From NCBI GenBank assembly GCA_035559995.1, contig DATMAM010000017.1:13889-77888 (forward strand): DNA of 64,000 nt, written 5' to 3'. Under the pieces are notes generated by a model that had not been told where the DNA came from, ran no database searches, and saw only the letters and a program-made list of their open reading frames with translations. Of the stretch, positions 12,724-21,318 are shown in pieces; the first letter of the stretch is position 1; the number at the start of each line of letters is the position of its first letter. The DNA comes from Candidatus Acidiferrales bacterium. Its GTDB lineage: Bacteria; Desulfobacterota; Binatia; UBA9968. The translations under genes and the position numbers were made by a program.

Positions 12724-13590
12724 TCAAAAAAGCGCCGGCTGCCGCGAGCTCGCCGCTCCGGGCTTCTGTTTCGCCGGCGCGCCCCTGGCCAGCGCCAAAA
12801 TCTCCAGGAGCATCCGTTCAGCGAGGGCTTCCCGATCGGCACTGTTTTCGAGCGCGCTTTTGTCCTCGCCGAAAAGCGGCAGCAGCGGCTCGACGATCTG
12901 CCACGCCAGAGCCGCGCGCCGCTCCGCAGGCAAGCTCTGGCGCCGGGCGATAAACTGCTCGACGAGCGCGATCTGACTTGCCGAAAGCGTCCCCTGCGGA
13001 AGGGTCACCGCTTGGCGCGAGCGCCCTTGCTCGACGCGCGCCGCCCAGGCGGCTCCCGAAGCGTCCGCCGCGCCGACGTCGAACCTCTCGACCACCACCA
13101 GCGTGCCGGCAACCATATCGCCCAAACGCCGCCCATAGCGATCGAACTGCGCGACCACCCCTCCCAGCAGATAGCAGGGCGGCGGCAGCATGTCCGCCGC
13201 GCGCACCAGGTTTCGCAGCGCGGCTTCGCGAAGGCCGATCGGGAGCCCGTCCTCCCGAATGACGCGGATGCCCATTTTTTTCTTTCCCGGCGTTGCGCCC
13301 CGTTGCAGCCCTTCAAAAAAAACGTAGTAGCCCCAGTAGGCGGCGAACGCCAGAAAAAGAACCAGCGCGATATTCCAGGAGGTCACCCAGGCGGAAGCTT
13401 CCCGCAGAGCGTCCTTGAGAAGCCCGGCGGGTGCGCCGCCGGCGAAGAGCAGGGCCAAGCCGAGCGCGATGATCATCGCGCTTATGATCAGGCTGTCGAT
13501 CAGGTAAGCGCAGAAGCGCGAGCCGAGGCCCGCGAGCTCGAACTCGAGGCTCACGTTATCGGGCGTGGGGATCGAAACGCTTTCGTCCAT
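12724..13590 (-). CDS. RDD-family membrane protein
   Basis: 288 aa. N-terminal RDD domain (RFCAYLIDSLIISAMIIAL...) with conserved R-D-D spacing and TM helices, then a soluble C-terminal region. Confidence 0.8.
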   Translation of the reverse strand: MDESVSIPTPDNVSLEFELAGLGSRFCAYLIDSLIISAMIIALGLALLFAGGAPAGLLKDALREASAWVTSWNIALVLFLAFAAYWGYYVFFEGLQRGATPGKKKMGIRVIREDGLPIGLREAALRNLVRAADMLPPPCYLLGGVVAQFDRYGRRLGDMVAGTLVVVERFDVGAADASGAAWAARVEQGRSRQAVTLPQGTLSASQIALVEQFIARRQSLPAERRAALAWQIVEPLLPLFGEDKSALENSADREALAERMLLEILALARGAPAKQKPGAASSRQPALF

Positions 13591-13593
13591 CTT

Positions 13594-14904
13594 TTACTGC
13601 AGATCGGCTTGCCTGATCTCCAGATAGCGCCGCACCAGATGGACCGAAAGATGCTCCGGGTCCGTTTCCAGAATGAGAATCCCGCGCGCGCGCATACGCT
13701 CCAGCGCGAGACGCCGGCGGCGGAGCAAATCGGCAGCCGCGGCTTTGCGGTAAGCGTCGCCGACGCTCTCCGGAATGGAGTCCGCGATCGCACGAACCCG
13801 GGGCTCGACGAGAACCACGCACAAGACCAGATGCTTGGCCGCGGCGCGCGCAAGATTGTTGATCAATCCGGCGCTGCCCGAAGCGTCCAGGACGTCGGTC
13901 AGCAAAATCACCAGGCTCCGGCGCCTGAGCATCGACATCACCTGAGCGATCCCCTGCCAGTAATCGGATTCGACCGGCTGCGCCTGCACGGCGTAAATCG
14001 TCTCCAGGACGCGCGGCACCAGCGCGGGACCGCGCACCGGCGGGAGAAACGCCTCGACTCGATTCGAGAAGCAGCCGACGGCGAGCGCGTCGCCGCGCTT
14101 GTGCGCGACAAAGCTCAGCATGACCGTCGCGCTGAGCGCATGCTCGAGCCTGGAGTAGCGCCCGATCGTCGCACCCATCAGGCGTCCCGTGTCGACCAGG
14201 ATCGCCAGCTGCTGCCCTTTCTCGACCTGGCGGTTGCGGCTGATCAAGGCGCCGCGCCTTGCGGTCGCCTTCCAGTCGATATTTTTCAGGTCTTCGCCGC
14301 GAACATACGGGCGCAAGCTCTCGAAATCGGTGCCGGGCGCTTTGGTCCGGCGGGGGCGGCGCGCCGCCTCCTCGCGCTGGTCGATCTTCGCCAGGAGCTG
14401 ATAATGGTCAACGCCGCGGAAGTTCGGGTACACCTTTACCGTGTCCGAAAGCCCAAGCCGGATTTGCCGCTCGACGAGACCGAGGGGGCCGCGCGCGCGC
14501 AGAACGACATCGCCCAAACGATGCGCGCCGCGCCTGAGCGGCCGCACGCGGTAACTCAGGCGCGCCTCGCCGGTTGCGGGGATCTCGCCTTGAGGGATGG
14601 CGCTCGTGAGTTCGAACCGCTCGTTTAGCTCGTCCCGCACCCGCGCGTGGATCGGGTAACGAGAGCGGTTCGCGATGACGAGCCGAAGCGGGTGCTCCTG
14701 ATCCAGAGAAAACCGCGGCGGCATCTCGCGGCGCGCGCTGAGCTCCCGCGCCGGCGGGATCCCGCGCAAGTCGCGCGCGCACAAAACCGCGATGAGCGCC
14801 AGGTACAGCGCCCCGGGGAGCCAGCCGCCCGGCACCAAGAGGCCGAGCAGCCACAGCGGCGCTCCCAGCGCAAGCAGCCGAATCAGTCGGAGCGTCGGTA
14901 CCAC
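13594..14904 (-). CDS. DUF58-domain protein (VWA-like partner of MoxR ATPases)
   Basis: Conserved DUF58 core (RPYVRGEDLKNIDWKATARRGALISR, LAILVDTGRLMG, SLVILLTDVLD). The 516-aa track ORF is trimmed to GTG at 14904, which has GGAGG 6 nt upstream and sits 16 nt after the moxR stop. Two TM helices follow the start. Confidence 0.8.
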   Translation of the reverse strand: MVPTLRLIRLLALGAPLWLLGLLVPGGWLPGALYLALIAVLCARDLRGIPPARELSARREMPPRFSLDQEHPLRLVIANRSRYPIHARVRDELNERFELTSAIPQGEIPATGEARLSYRVRPLRRGAHRLGDVVLRARGPLGLVERQIRLGLSDTVKVYPNFRGVDHYQLLAKIDQREEAARRPRRTKAPGTDFESLRPYVRGEDLKNIDWKATARRGALISRNRQVEKGQQLAILVDTGRLMGATIGRYSRLEHALSATVMLSFVAHKRGDALAVGCFSNRVEAFLPPVRGPALVPRVLETIYAVQAQPVESDYWQGIAQVMSMLRRRSLVILLTDVLDASGSAGLINNLARAAAKHLVLCVVLVEPRVRAIADSIPESVGDAYRKAAAADLLRRRRLALERMRARGILILETDPEHLSVHLVRRYLEIRQADLQ

Positions 14905-14920
14905 AGAGGCCTCCGCCCCG

Positions 14921-15883
14921 CTAGCGCGGGATCTCCACTTGCGCGACGAGAGATTGAATGCAGGCGTCCGGCGTGAGCCCCTCGATTTCGGCCTCCGGGG
15001 TGAGCTGCACCCGATGGCGCAGCACCGGGAAGACCATCGCCTGGATCTCGTCCGGCGTGACGTAATCGTTGCCGCGGAGCAGCGCGAGCGCTTTGCTCGC
15101 CTGCACCAGCATGATCGCCGCGCGCGGGCTTGCGCCGAGCGCAAGGCTCGGCAGGGACCGCGACTGGCGGATGAGCTTGAGCGCGTAGTCCAGCACCGTG
15201 GCGTCGACCCGGACGGCGTGCACCTGCTTTCGCAGCTCGGCGAGCTCGTCCGGGCCGGCGACGGCTCGGATCAGGCCGAAGGGTTTCGACGCCTGCGCGC
15301 CCAGCGCCTGCATCGCGTGCAGCATCGCGCGCTCTTCTTCTTCGCTCGGATAATCCATTCTGACCTTCATCAGAAACCGGTCGAGCTCGGCCTCCGGCAG
15401 CGGGTAGGTCCCTTCGTATTCGATCGGATTTTGCGTCGCGATAACCGTGAAGCAGCGCGGCAGCTCGCGCGTCTGGCCGTCGATGCTCACCTGGCGCTCC
15501 TGCATCGCCTCGAGCAGCGCCGCTTGCGTCTTCGCCGGCGCCCGATTGATCTCGTCGGCGAGCACGATGTCGGCGAAGAGCGGCCCCGGGCGGAAGCGGA
15601 ATTCTCCCGTGCCGGGCTCAAACACGTTTACGCCGGTGATATCCGAGGGCATCAGGTCGGGCGTGAACTGGATGCGTGAGAAACTGCACCTGAGCGCCGC
15701 GGCCAGACAGCGGGCGAGCAAGGTCTTGGCCACGCCCGGCACCCCTTCGAGGAGCACGTGACCGCCGGCCGCGAGCGCGACGAGCACGCTCTGGATCGCC
15801 GTCGCCTGGCCCTGAATCACACGCTCCAGCTCGGCTTGAACTGAGCGGCCAAAACGCAAAAGTTCAGCGGGAATTTCGCTCAT
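14921..15883 (-). CDS. moxR: MoxR-family AAA+ ATPase
   Basis: Walker A (GVPGVAKT), Walker B (LADEINRAPAKTQAALLEAMQE), sensor region and the MoxR C-terminal lid. Start taken at MSEIPAELLRF (ATG 15883), which overlaps the DUF4350 gene end by 20 nt. The longer track ORF has an Arg-rich spurious N-terminus. Confidence 0.9.
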   Translation of the reverse strand: MSEIPAELLRFGRSVQAELERVIQGQATAIQSVLVALAAGGHVLLEGVPGVAKTLLARCLAAALRCSFSRIQFTPDLMPSDITGVNVFEPGTGEFRFRPGPLFADIVLADEINRAPAKTQAALLEAMQERQVSIDGQTRELPRCFTVIATQNPIEYEGTYPLPEAELDRFLMKVRMDYPSEEEERAMLHAMQALGAQASKPFGLIRAVAGPDELAELRKQVHAVRVDATVLDYALKLIRQSRSLPSLALGASPRAAIMLVQASKALALLRGNDYVTPDEIQAMVFPVLRHRVQLTPEAEIEGLTPDACIQSLVAQVEIPR

Positions 15884-17111
15884 GAAAGATGTCCTTGCGG
15901 ATCTGTCCGGCGAGCCGCCCGAGCGCGACAAACTCGCCATCCGTGAGCTTTTCGCCGCGCGCGCGTTTCGCCAAAAGCTCTTGGAGCGACGCCAGTAACC
16001 GGCCGGTCCGGTCCAGCCCCGCCAAGTTTCGGCCAAAATTTAGCAGATCGACCGGCCTTCCATACGCCGCCGCAAGATCGCGCGTAAGCCCCTGCACGAT
16101 CAGGTCGGCCGCCAATCCTTGCGCTTCGGCGGCCTCAAAAAGGCGCGCGCGCGCTTCCAGTAGCTCGAGCGGGCTCGCCCGCGCCGGCGGCGGCGGCTCG
16201 GACACACGGCCGAAGCGCCGCCGGTAGCCGAACACATAGAACAAGCCCGCGGCGATAACTTGCGCCGCGCACCACCCCCAGGGCGTCTGAAGAAACGCCC
16301 AGGTCAACTCGGTTGCGCTGCGGTGCTTGCCAAACCAGTGATGAAATTCATCGAACAGAACTTTGCCGTTTCCCCAGCCGCCCGCAAGCGTCACGAGCCA
16401 CACGGCGTTGTCCGCTCCCCGAAGCGCGCGGTTGCTCACGACCCATGGGTCGGCGATAGCGACGATCCGCCCCTCGCCCAGCGCGATCTCGAGCGCCAGC
16501 GCCACGGCCCCGGCGGCAGCGATCACCCGATGGCCAGACGCGGAAGAAAATCCCTGCCGCCACTGGATCTCAAGGGGGCCGCCGGGAAGCGAAGCGCCCG
16601 CAACACGGCTTTTCGTGATCCCCCCGGGCTTGGACCACTCAAGATCCGGCGCATGGCGCGCAAGGAAAGTCTTTGCTTGCGCGGCGGCTTGATCGCCTTT
16701 TCCGCGGCCGTTGGCTTTTCCGCTGCCGGCGGGCTCCCGTCGCGCAAGCGGCCAGCCGTCGCTGCTCGCCAGAATCAGTTGCCCGCCGCGATCGAGCCAC
16801 CGTTCGAGATGCTCTGCTTCGCGCTCCGAGATCGGCCTTCCCGGTCCCGCGACGATGATGGTCTGCGGGAAGTCACGGTCGCTCGGAACGAGATCGAGCG
16901 GCCGGCGCCATTGTTCGGCCGCGGGCAAGAGCCGGCGCATCACGAGGAAAAGTGCGCGCGCGCCGTTTTCGTCCGTAAAAAAGGTCGACGGGCGTTTAAG
17001 GGCCGGATCGGGGCTGCGGGGCGCGGAAAGCGCGCCGAGCATGAGTGCGAGCACCACCAGGAGGCCAGCCGCGACCGTGGCGGAAATCCAGTTGCGCGCC
17101 GCCTCGCTCAT
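15864..17111 (-). CDS. DUF4350-domain protein with N-terminal TM anchor
   Basis: Start taken at MSEAARNWISATVAAGLLVVLALML (ATG 17111, ATGA overlap with the upstream stop). DUF4350-like core with a conserved FDEFHHWFG motif near the C-terminus. Upstream Arg-rich extension rejected. Confidence 0.68.
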   Translation of the reverse strand: MSEAARNWISATVAAGLLVVLALMLGALSAPRSPDPALKRPSTFFTDENGARALFLVMRRLLPAAEQWRRPLDLVPSDRDFPQTIIVAGPGRPISEREAEHLERWLDRGGQLILASSDGWPLARREPAGSGKANGRGKGDQAAAQAKTFLARHAPDLEWSKPGGITKSRVAGASLPGGPLEIQWRQGFSSASGHRVIAAAGAVALALEIALGEGRIVAIADPWVVSNRALRGADNAVWLVTLAGGWGNGKVLFDEFHHWFGKHRSATELTWAFLQTPWGWCAAQVIAAGLFYVFGYRRRFGRVSEPPPPARASPLELLEARARLFEAAEAQGLAADLIVQGLTRDLAAAYGRPVDLLNFGRNLAGLDRTGRLLASLQELLAKRARGEKLTDGEFVALGRLAGQIRKDIFHERNSR

Positions 17112-17791
17112 TTTGTTCGCTCGCGAGAAAGCCGCTCGACGGTGGCGACGAGCGACTCCACCGCCGCCGGTTGCGCCCCGCGGTCCGCGTAAATCAGCCG
17201 CTCGTAAAGCTCGGTCAGCTGGGCAAAAGTCCGCCGCCACGGGTGGCTGGCGGAGCACTCGCGCAGGTACTGGGAGTTGGTCTTCCATCCCGCGAAGCGA
17301 ACCGCGCCCTCCTCGTCGAGCAGGCCCAGCATGACGCGATGCGCGATCCAGACGGCGCGCCTGAGATTTCCCTCCCGGGCGAGCTGCCGCGCGATCGCTA
17401 TCGCCTCCTGCCAATTGCGCGCGGCCCCTGCGAGAATCTCCCACCGCGACGGGCGCGCCGGCCCGGGGAGTTGGCGCCGCCCGAAAGGCAAAAGATCGCC
17501 GAGCGCAAGATAGAAAAGATGCCCGAGCACGATGAGCGAGGTCAGCACCAAAGCGAGAGCAACGAGCTTTGCCAGACCGGGATTTTCCGCCGACCAGGAA
17601 GCCAGGCCCTTCATCCACTCTTGAAGGCGCTGGAGAAGATAGACCAAGAACTCGTCCCAAGTCGACGGCGGGGCGAACTCGGGCCGAGCGAGCACCTCGC
17701 GCGTGACTTCGCGAATCGCGTCGGCTGAAGGGAGCGGGTTAGGCTGAGCGGCGGCGGACATGGAAAGAAAAAAATCAGGCGTTTTTGGCAT
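17108..17791 (-). CDS. DUF4129-domain protein with TM anchor
   Basis: 227 aa. One TM (LAKLVALALVLTSLIVLGHLF), then the DUF4129-like C-terminal region (...WKTNSQYLRECSASHPW...FAQLTELYERLIYADRG). An alternative start at MSAAAQ (17761) would avoid overlap with the upstream gene. Confidence 0.62.
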   Translation of the reverse strand: MPKTPDFFLSMSAAAQPNPLPSADAIREVTREVLARPEFAPPSTWDEFLVYLLQRLQEWMKGLASWSAENPGLAKLVALALVLTSLIVLGHLFYLALGDLLPFGRRQLPGPARPSRWEILAGAARNWQEAIAIARQLAREGNLRRAVWIAHRVMLGLLDEEGAVRFAGWKTNSQYLRECSASHPWRRTFAQLTELYERLIYADRGAQPAAVESLVATVERLSRERTK

Positions 17792-18569
17792 TCGCGAGCG
17801 CGCGGCTCAGCATTTCGAGATCGAAGCCTTCTTTGCGGATGCGAAAGTCGTAGTAAAGAAGAATATCCGCGACGATCGCTAGCGGCGTCAGGAAAACGAC
17901 CACGGCGTCGCTCACGGCCGTGTAGAGCAGTTTCCCGGTCATCGACTCGAGGTCCACCGCCAGCCCCGAAACGCTACGCACGCCGAAAGTCGAAAGCCAC
18001 TGGAGCGCGTTGACCACGACGAGCACGACGAACACCTTGCCGCGGTTGCCCTTCACGAGCTCCCAGCTGCGCCGCAGGCTCGGAGCGGCTTTTCGGCCCT
18101 CGATCAAGACAACCGGAACGACCAGAGCGTAAGAAAGCCACCAGAGAATGCCGGGGATCAAAAGCAGCAGGAAGCCGATGACGACTCTTACCATAACCGC
18201 AATCTGCGCCCCCGTCAGCGTCCACAGGCGCCTGCAAGCCCGCCCGAGCGCCTGGCCCACCGTCACCTCGCGGCCGAGGTAGCGTTCGCTGATCGCGTAG
18301 GTCGCCGCCCCGGTGGCAACCGGGAGCGCAAGGCTCATCCACAGGATCATAAACAGAAGTTGGGAGAAGATGATCGTGAGGTTATGCCGCGCGGCGCCGC
18401 TCTCGCCGATCCCGGCTTCCATGACGAGCTGGATCGCGTAGAGCGGCACATAGGCCGCCGCCGTGATGCCGAGCATCAGCGGACAATTTTCCATGTAAAG
18501 CCGAAAAGCGCGATCGAGAAGCCCGCCCATCGTCATGGGCTCAAGTCTGGGGGTCTCTCCAGCCTTCAT
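17775..18569 (-). CDS. Polytopic membrane protein, first gene of the MoxR operon. C-terminal LLYYDFRIRKEGFDLE motif
   Basis: Start taken at MKAGETPRLEP (ATG 18569) with AGGAGA Shine-Dalgarno 6 nt upstream. Six predicted TM segments. The longer track ORF has an Arg-rich N-terminus and is rejected. Confidence 0.6.
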   Translation of the reverse strand: MKAGETPRLEPMTMGGLLDRAFRLYMENCPLMLGITAAAYVPLYAIQLVMEAGIGESGAARHNLTIIFSQLLFMILWMSLALPVATGAATYAISERYLGREVTVGQALGRACRRLWTLTGAQIAVMVRVVIGFLLLLIPGILWWLSYALVVPVVLIEGRKAAPSLRRSWELVKGNRGKVFVVLVVVNALQWLSTFGVRSVSGLAVDLESMTGKLLYTAVSDAVVVFLTPLAIVADILLYYDFRIRKEGFDLEMLSRALANAKNA

Positions 18570-18694
18570 GCCTTCTCCTAAAGACCGCGAATCCCTCGAC
18601 AAGGCCCGGCCGGCCTGCCCGTCAAGCAGTCGAAGTCCGCCGTCGGTGGCGCCCGGATTCTTCATCGCGGCCGGCCATCGGCGCCGAGCCGAAG

Positions 18695-18724
18695 AATATA
18701 CTCCAGTTGCGCCTTTCGCGCCAA
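18695..18724 (-). promoter_or_regulatory. Candidate sigma70 promoter of the seven-gene MoxR operon
   Basis: On the minus strand: TTGGCG (-35, 18719-18724), 18-nt spacer, TATATT (-10, 18695-18700). About 120 nt upstream of the first-gene ATG. Confidence 0.3.
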
Positions 18725-18854
18725 GCGCGGCGCAGCTCTTCCGATCGCGCTGTGTCGCGCGGATGCGCTCGCCGCGGTCATGCCGCGCCGCTCGGCAAGG
18801 GCCTCGGGATGAAACGAGCCATCGCATCTTGGAAGCATGCCGGCGAGATTTCAG

Positions 18855-18883
18855 GGAACTTTGCCGGGCGGAAAAAGGTTCTG
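18855..18883 (+). promoter_or_regulatory. Candidate ECF-type autoregulated promoter upstream of the sigma factor gene
   Basis: GGAACTT at 18855-18861, the classic ECF -35. About 16-17 nt later comes GGTTCTG as a possible -10. About 45 nt upstream of the GTG start. Confidence 0.25.
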
Positions 18884-18924
18884 CCAAATAGACACGGGGT
18901 GCCCGTTTTGACTAGAATTGCCGG

Positions 18925-19479
18925 GTGGCCAGTGAACCCAAGGGCGCAGACGAAGCGAGGGAGAGGTTTGCCCGCGAGGTGATGGCTCAACTCGATCACC
19001 TCTACCGCACCGCGCTTCACCTGGTGAAAAACTCCGGGCAGGCCGAAGATCTGGTCCAGGAAACCTGCGTGCGCGCGCTCCAGTCAAGGCTGCAATTTGC
19101 CGCCGGAACGAACCTGAAAGCCTGGTTGACCAAGATCCTTTACAATTTTTTCTGTGACCAGTACCAGGAAGCCAAGCGCTGGCTCTCGAGCGACGCCGCC
19201 CCGAGCGCGGAGGGCGACATCGAGGAGCTTCCCTCTTCCGACCCGGGACCGGAGCATGCGGTCCTGGAAAAAGAACTCAGGGCGAAGATCGCCGAGGCGC
19301 TCGATCGAGTGCCGGAAGAGTACCGGCTTCCTCTGCTTCTGGTTGACATGGGGGAGCTTTCCTACGCCGAGGCGGCCGAAGTTCTCTCGTGCCCCATCGG
19401 GACCGTGCGGTCGCGCCTTTCCCGGGGCAGGAAACTGATGCACAAGCATCTCAAGGGCTACCTGAGAACGCCGCGATGA
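18925..19479 (+). CDS. ECF (group IV) RNA polymerase sigma factor
   Basis: 184 aa. Region 2 (LDHLYRTALHLVKNSGQAEDLVQETCVRAL) and region 4 HTH (LPLLLVDMGELSYAEAAEVLSCPIGTVRSRLSRGRKLM). GTG start. An internal ATG 19 codons in is also possible. Confidence 0.85.
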   Translation: MASEPKGADEARERFAREVMAQLDHLYRTALHLVKNSGQAEDLVQETCVRALQSRLQFAAGTNLKAWLTKILYNFFCDQYQEAKRWLSSDAAPSAEGDIEELPSSDPGPEHAVLEKELRAKIAEALDRVPEEYRLPLLLVDMGELSYAEAAEVLSCPIGTVRSRLSRGRKLMHKHLKGYLRTPR

Positions 19480-19491
19480 GCGACGCAAGCG

Positions 19492-20304
19492 ATGCAGTGT
19501 AACCAAGCGCAAGAGCTGATCACGGCGCTGGTCGACGAGGAGATTTCGCCTGCTGACCGCGCGTCGCTCCGCCAGCACCTGGAGGCCTGCACGGCTTGCC
19601 AGCTCAGCTACCAGCAGGAGCAGGAACTCCAGCGGGAGCTACGGCGCGTGGCGCGCCGCGTGCGCGCGCCCCTCTCGCTTCACGAGCGAGTCGGGCGCGC
19701 GTTGCAGCCCGGCCCCGCTTCGCAACCGCCGCAGAGCTTTCGGCACTATGTCTTTTCTTCCCTCGCCGTGCTCTTCCGGCCGGCCTTCGCGCTCGCGCTC
19801 TTAACGCTTCTAGTCCTGCCGGCGATCTACTTTGCCGGCCTAACGGCGCGGCCCATGGCGCTTGTGCTCGTCGAAACTTACGGCAGAATCCAACGCGGCG
19901 AGACGCTCTCGGCGGGCCCGTCCGATCCCGGGCGACTCAAAGCCGAGCTGGTTCAGGCCGTGGGCGGCGCCTTCGCCCCGATGGGCTACGATTTTTCTGC
20001 GATGAAGATCAAGCCGACGCGCGCGACGGTGCGCGATATTGGCGGGCGCAAGGCGATTGCCGTCGTCTACGAGGGCCAGGGACCGACGTTGATTTGCTTC
20101 ACGTTCCTGGGAACGGAAAAAGACGCGCCGCCGTCGGCGCAGGTTTTCTTTGACGACGAGAAAAAGATGACTTTTTACTCGTTCCGGGTCGGAGCCGTCG
20201 CTGCCGTGCTCCATCGCGAAGGCGACACCATCTGCATCCTCGCATCGACGATGCCGGCCGAGGATCTATTGGCCTTGGCGCGCGCCAAGGCGCGCGCGGC
20301 CTAA
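19492..20304 (+). CDS. Membrane-spanning zinc-binding (ZAS-type) anti-sigma factor
   Basis: Starts 12 nt after the sigma gene. N-terminal HxxxCxxC motif (HLEACTAC), one TM (LAVLFRPAFALALLTLLVLPAIYFAG), and an extracytoplasmic domain of about 150 aa. Confidence 0.75.
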   Translation: MQCNQAQELITALVDEEISPADRASLRQHLEACTACQLSYQQEQELQRELRRVARRVRAPLSLHERVGRALQPGPASQPPQSFRHYVFSSLAVLFRPAFALALLTLLVLPAIYFAGLTARPMALVLVETYGRIQRGETLSAGPSDPGRLKAELVQAVGGAFAPMGYDFSAMKIKPTRATVRDIGGRKAIAVVYEGQGPTLICFTFLGTEKDAPPSAQVFFDDEKKMTFYSFRVGAVAAVLHREGDTICILASTMPAEDLLALARAKARAA

Positions 20305-20382
20305 GCCGAAGCCCGCCGCGAAAGAAAGCACCCCGAAGGCCCCGAAAGAAACGTTTGACAAAAGGCCGGCCATCTTGTACCC

Positions 20383-20577
20383 ATGGCGTTTGCAGCTCGC
20401 TCGCCGGCGAGCGACGACGCTCTCATGCTCGACAATCCGGGCATCGTTATCACCATCGTTCTCATCGCGGTTGCGGCGATCGTTCCGGGATGGTTGCTCC
20501 GCATCTGGATCTATCGCATTGAGCTCAGGCGCGTGATAGAAAAGATGGCGGCCCGGGCAAACGAAGAGAAGAAGTAA
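20383..20577 (+). CDS. Possible small single-TM protein (64 aa). Speculative
   Basis: ORF with one strongly hydrophobic helix (IVITIVLIAVAAIVPGWLLRIWIY). TTGACA-N17-TACCCA promoter-like element ends just before the ATG, so the mRNA may be leaderless. No Shine-Dalgarno. Confidence 0.2.
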   Translation: MAFAARSPASDDALMLDNPGIVITIVLIAVAAIVPGWLLRIWIYRIELRRVIEKMAARANEEKK

Positions 20578-20595
20578 GCCCGGCCGCGCGCTCGC

Positions 20596-21282
20596 TTGCG
20601 TATCGCAGAGATCTTCTACTCCATCCAGGGCGAGGGGCTTCTCGCCGGCGTCCCCTCGGTATTCGTCCGGACATCGGGATGCAATCTGCGCTGCCGCTGG
20701 TGCGACACCCCCTACACCTCCTGGCAACCCGAAGGCGAAGAGCAAAGCCTCCCGCAGATACTCAGCCAAGTGGAACGATACCCTGCGAGTCACGTCGTGA
20801 TTACCGGCGGCGAGCCCTTGCTCGCCCAAGAAATCGAACAGCTCTCGGCCCGGCTCGTCGACTCCGGCCGCCACGTCACGATCGAAACCGCCGCGACCCT
20901 CTACAAGCCGCTCCGCTGTAGCCTCGTATCCCTGAGCCCCAAGCTCGCCAACTCAACGCCGTGGGAGCGCGAAAAGGGAAGGTTCGCCGCCATGCACGAA
21001 GAGCGGCGGCTAAACCTCGCCGTCATCCAATCGTATGTGGCGAACCATCCGTACCAGCTAAAATTTGTCGTCGAGCGCGACGGCGATTTCGACGAGATCG
21101 AGGAGGTCTTGCGCAAGGTTGAAGGCGTCGAGCGAACGCGTGTGCTTGTTATGGCCGAGGGGACGGCGCCCGAGGTTTTACGGGCGCGCGCCGCGTGGAT
21201 CGTCGAGCGCTGCAAGGCTCACGGCTTTCGCTACACGCCGCGCCTGCACATCGAGCTTTACGGAAACAAGCGCGGCGCTTAG
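20596..21282 (+). CDS. queE: 7-carboxy-7-deazaguanine synthase (radical SAM, queuosine pathway)
   Basis: 228 aa with TTG start. IFYSIQGEG motif, CNLRCRWCDT radical-SAM cysteine triad, and VVITGGEPL. Confidence 0.9.
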   Translation: MRIAEIFYSIQGEGLLAGVPSVFVRTSGCNLRCRWCDTPYTSWQPEGEEQSLPQILSQVERYPASHVVITGGEPLLAQEIEQLSARLVDSGRHVTIETAATLYKPLRCSLVSLSPKLANSTPWEREKGRFAAMHEERRLNLAVIQSYVANHPYQLKFVVERDGDFDEIEEVLRKVEGVERTRVLVMAEGTAPEVLRARAAWIVERCKAHGFRYTPRLHIELYGNKRGA

Positions 21283-21318
21283 AGACGGTGGGAGCCCTGG
21301 AGCGCTCACTTTAACGGT

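Noticed and set aside
12658-14628. 656-aa plus-strand ORF opposite the RDD and DUF58 genes. Similar 295-310-aa plus ORFs at 14792..15679 and 16260..17192
   Set aside because: They lie antisense to genes whose minus-strand products have clear domain signatures and tight operon coupling. The products are Arg-rich and low-complexity.
13594-15144. Long N-terminal extensions of the track ORFs for DUF58 (to 15144), MoxR (to 16036), DUF4350 (to 17660), the membrane protein (to 18887), rpe (to 29628), map, exbB, rplE, rpsS, rpmC and lysE
   Set aside because: The extensions are Arg/Ser/Pro-rich and overlap the upstream gene in another frame. In each case an internal start with a Shine-Dalgarno sits at or just after the upstream stop.
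20266-20874. 202-aa minus-strand ORF bridging the anti-sigma gene end and the queE start
   Set aside because: It lies antisense to two well-supported plus-strand genes. No Shine-Dalgarno and no domain.
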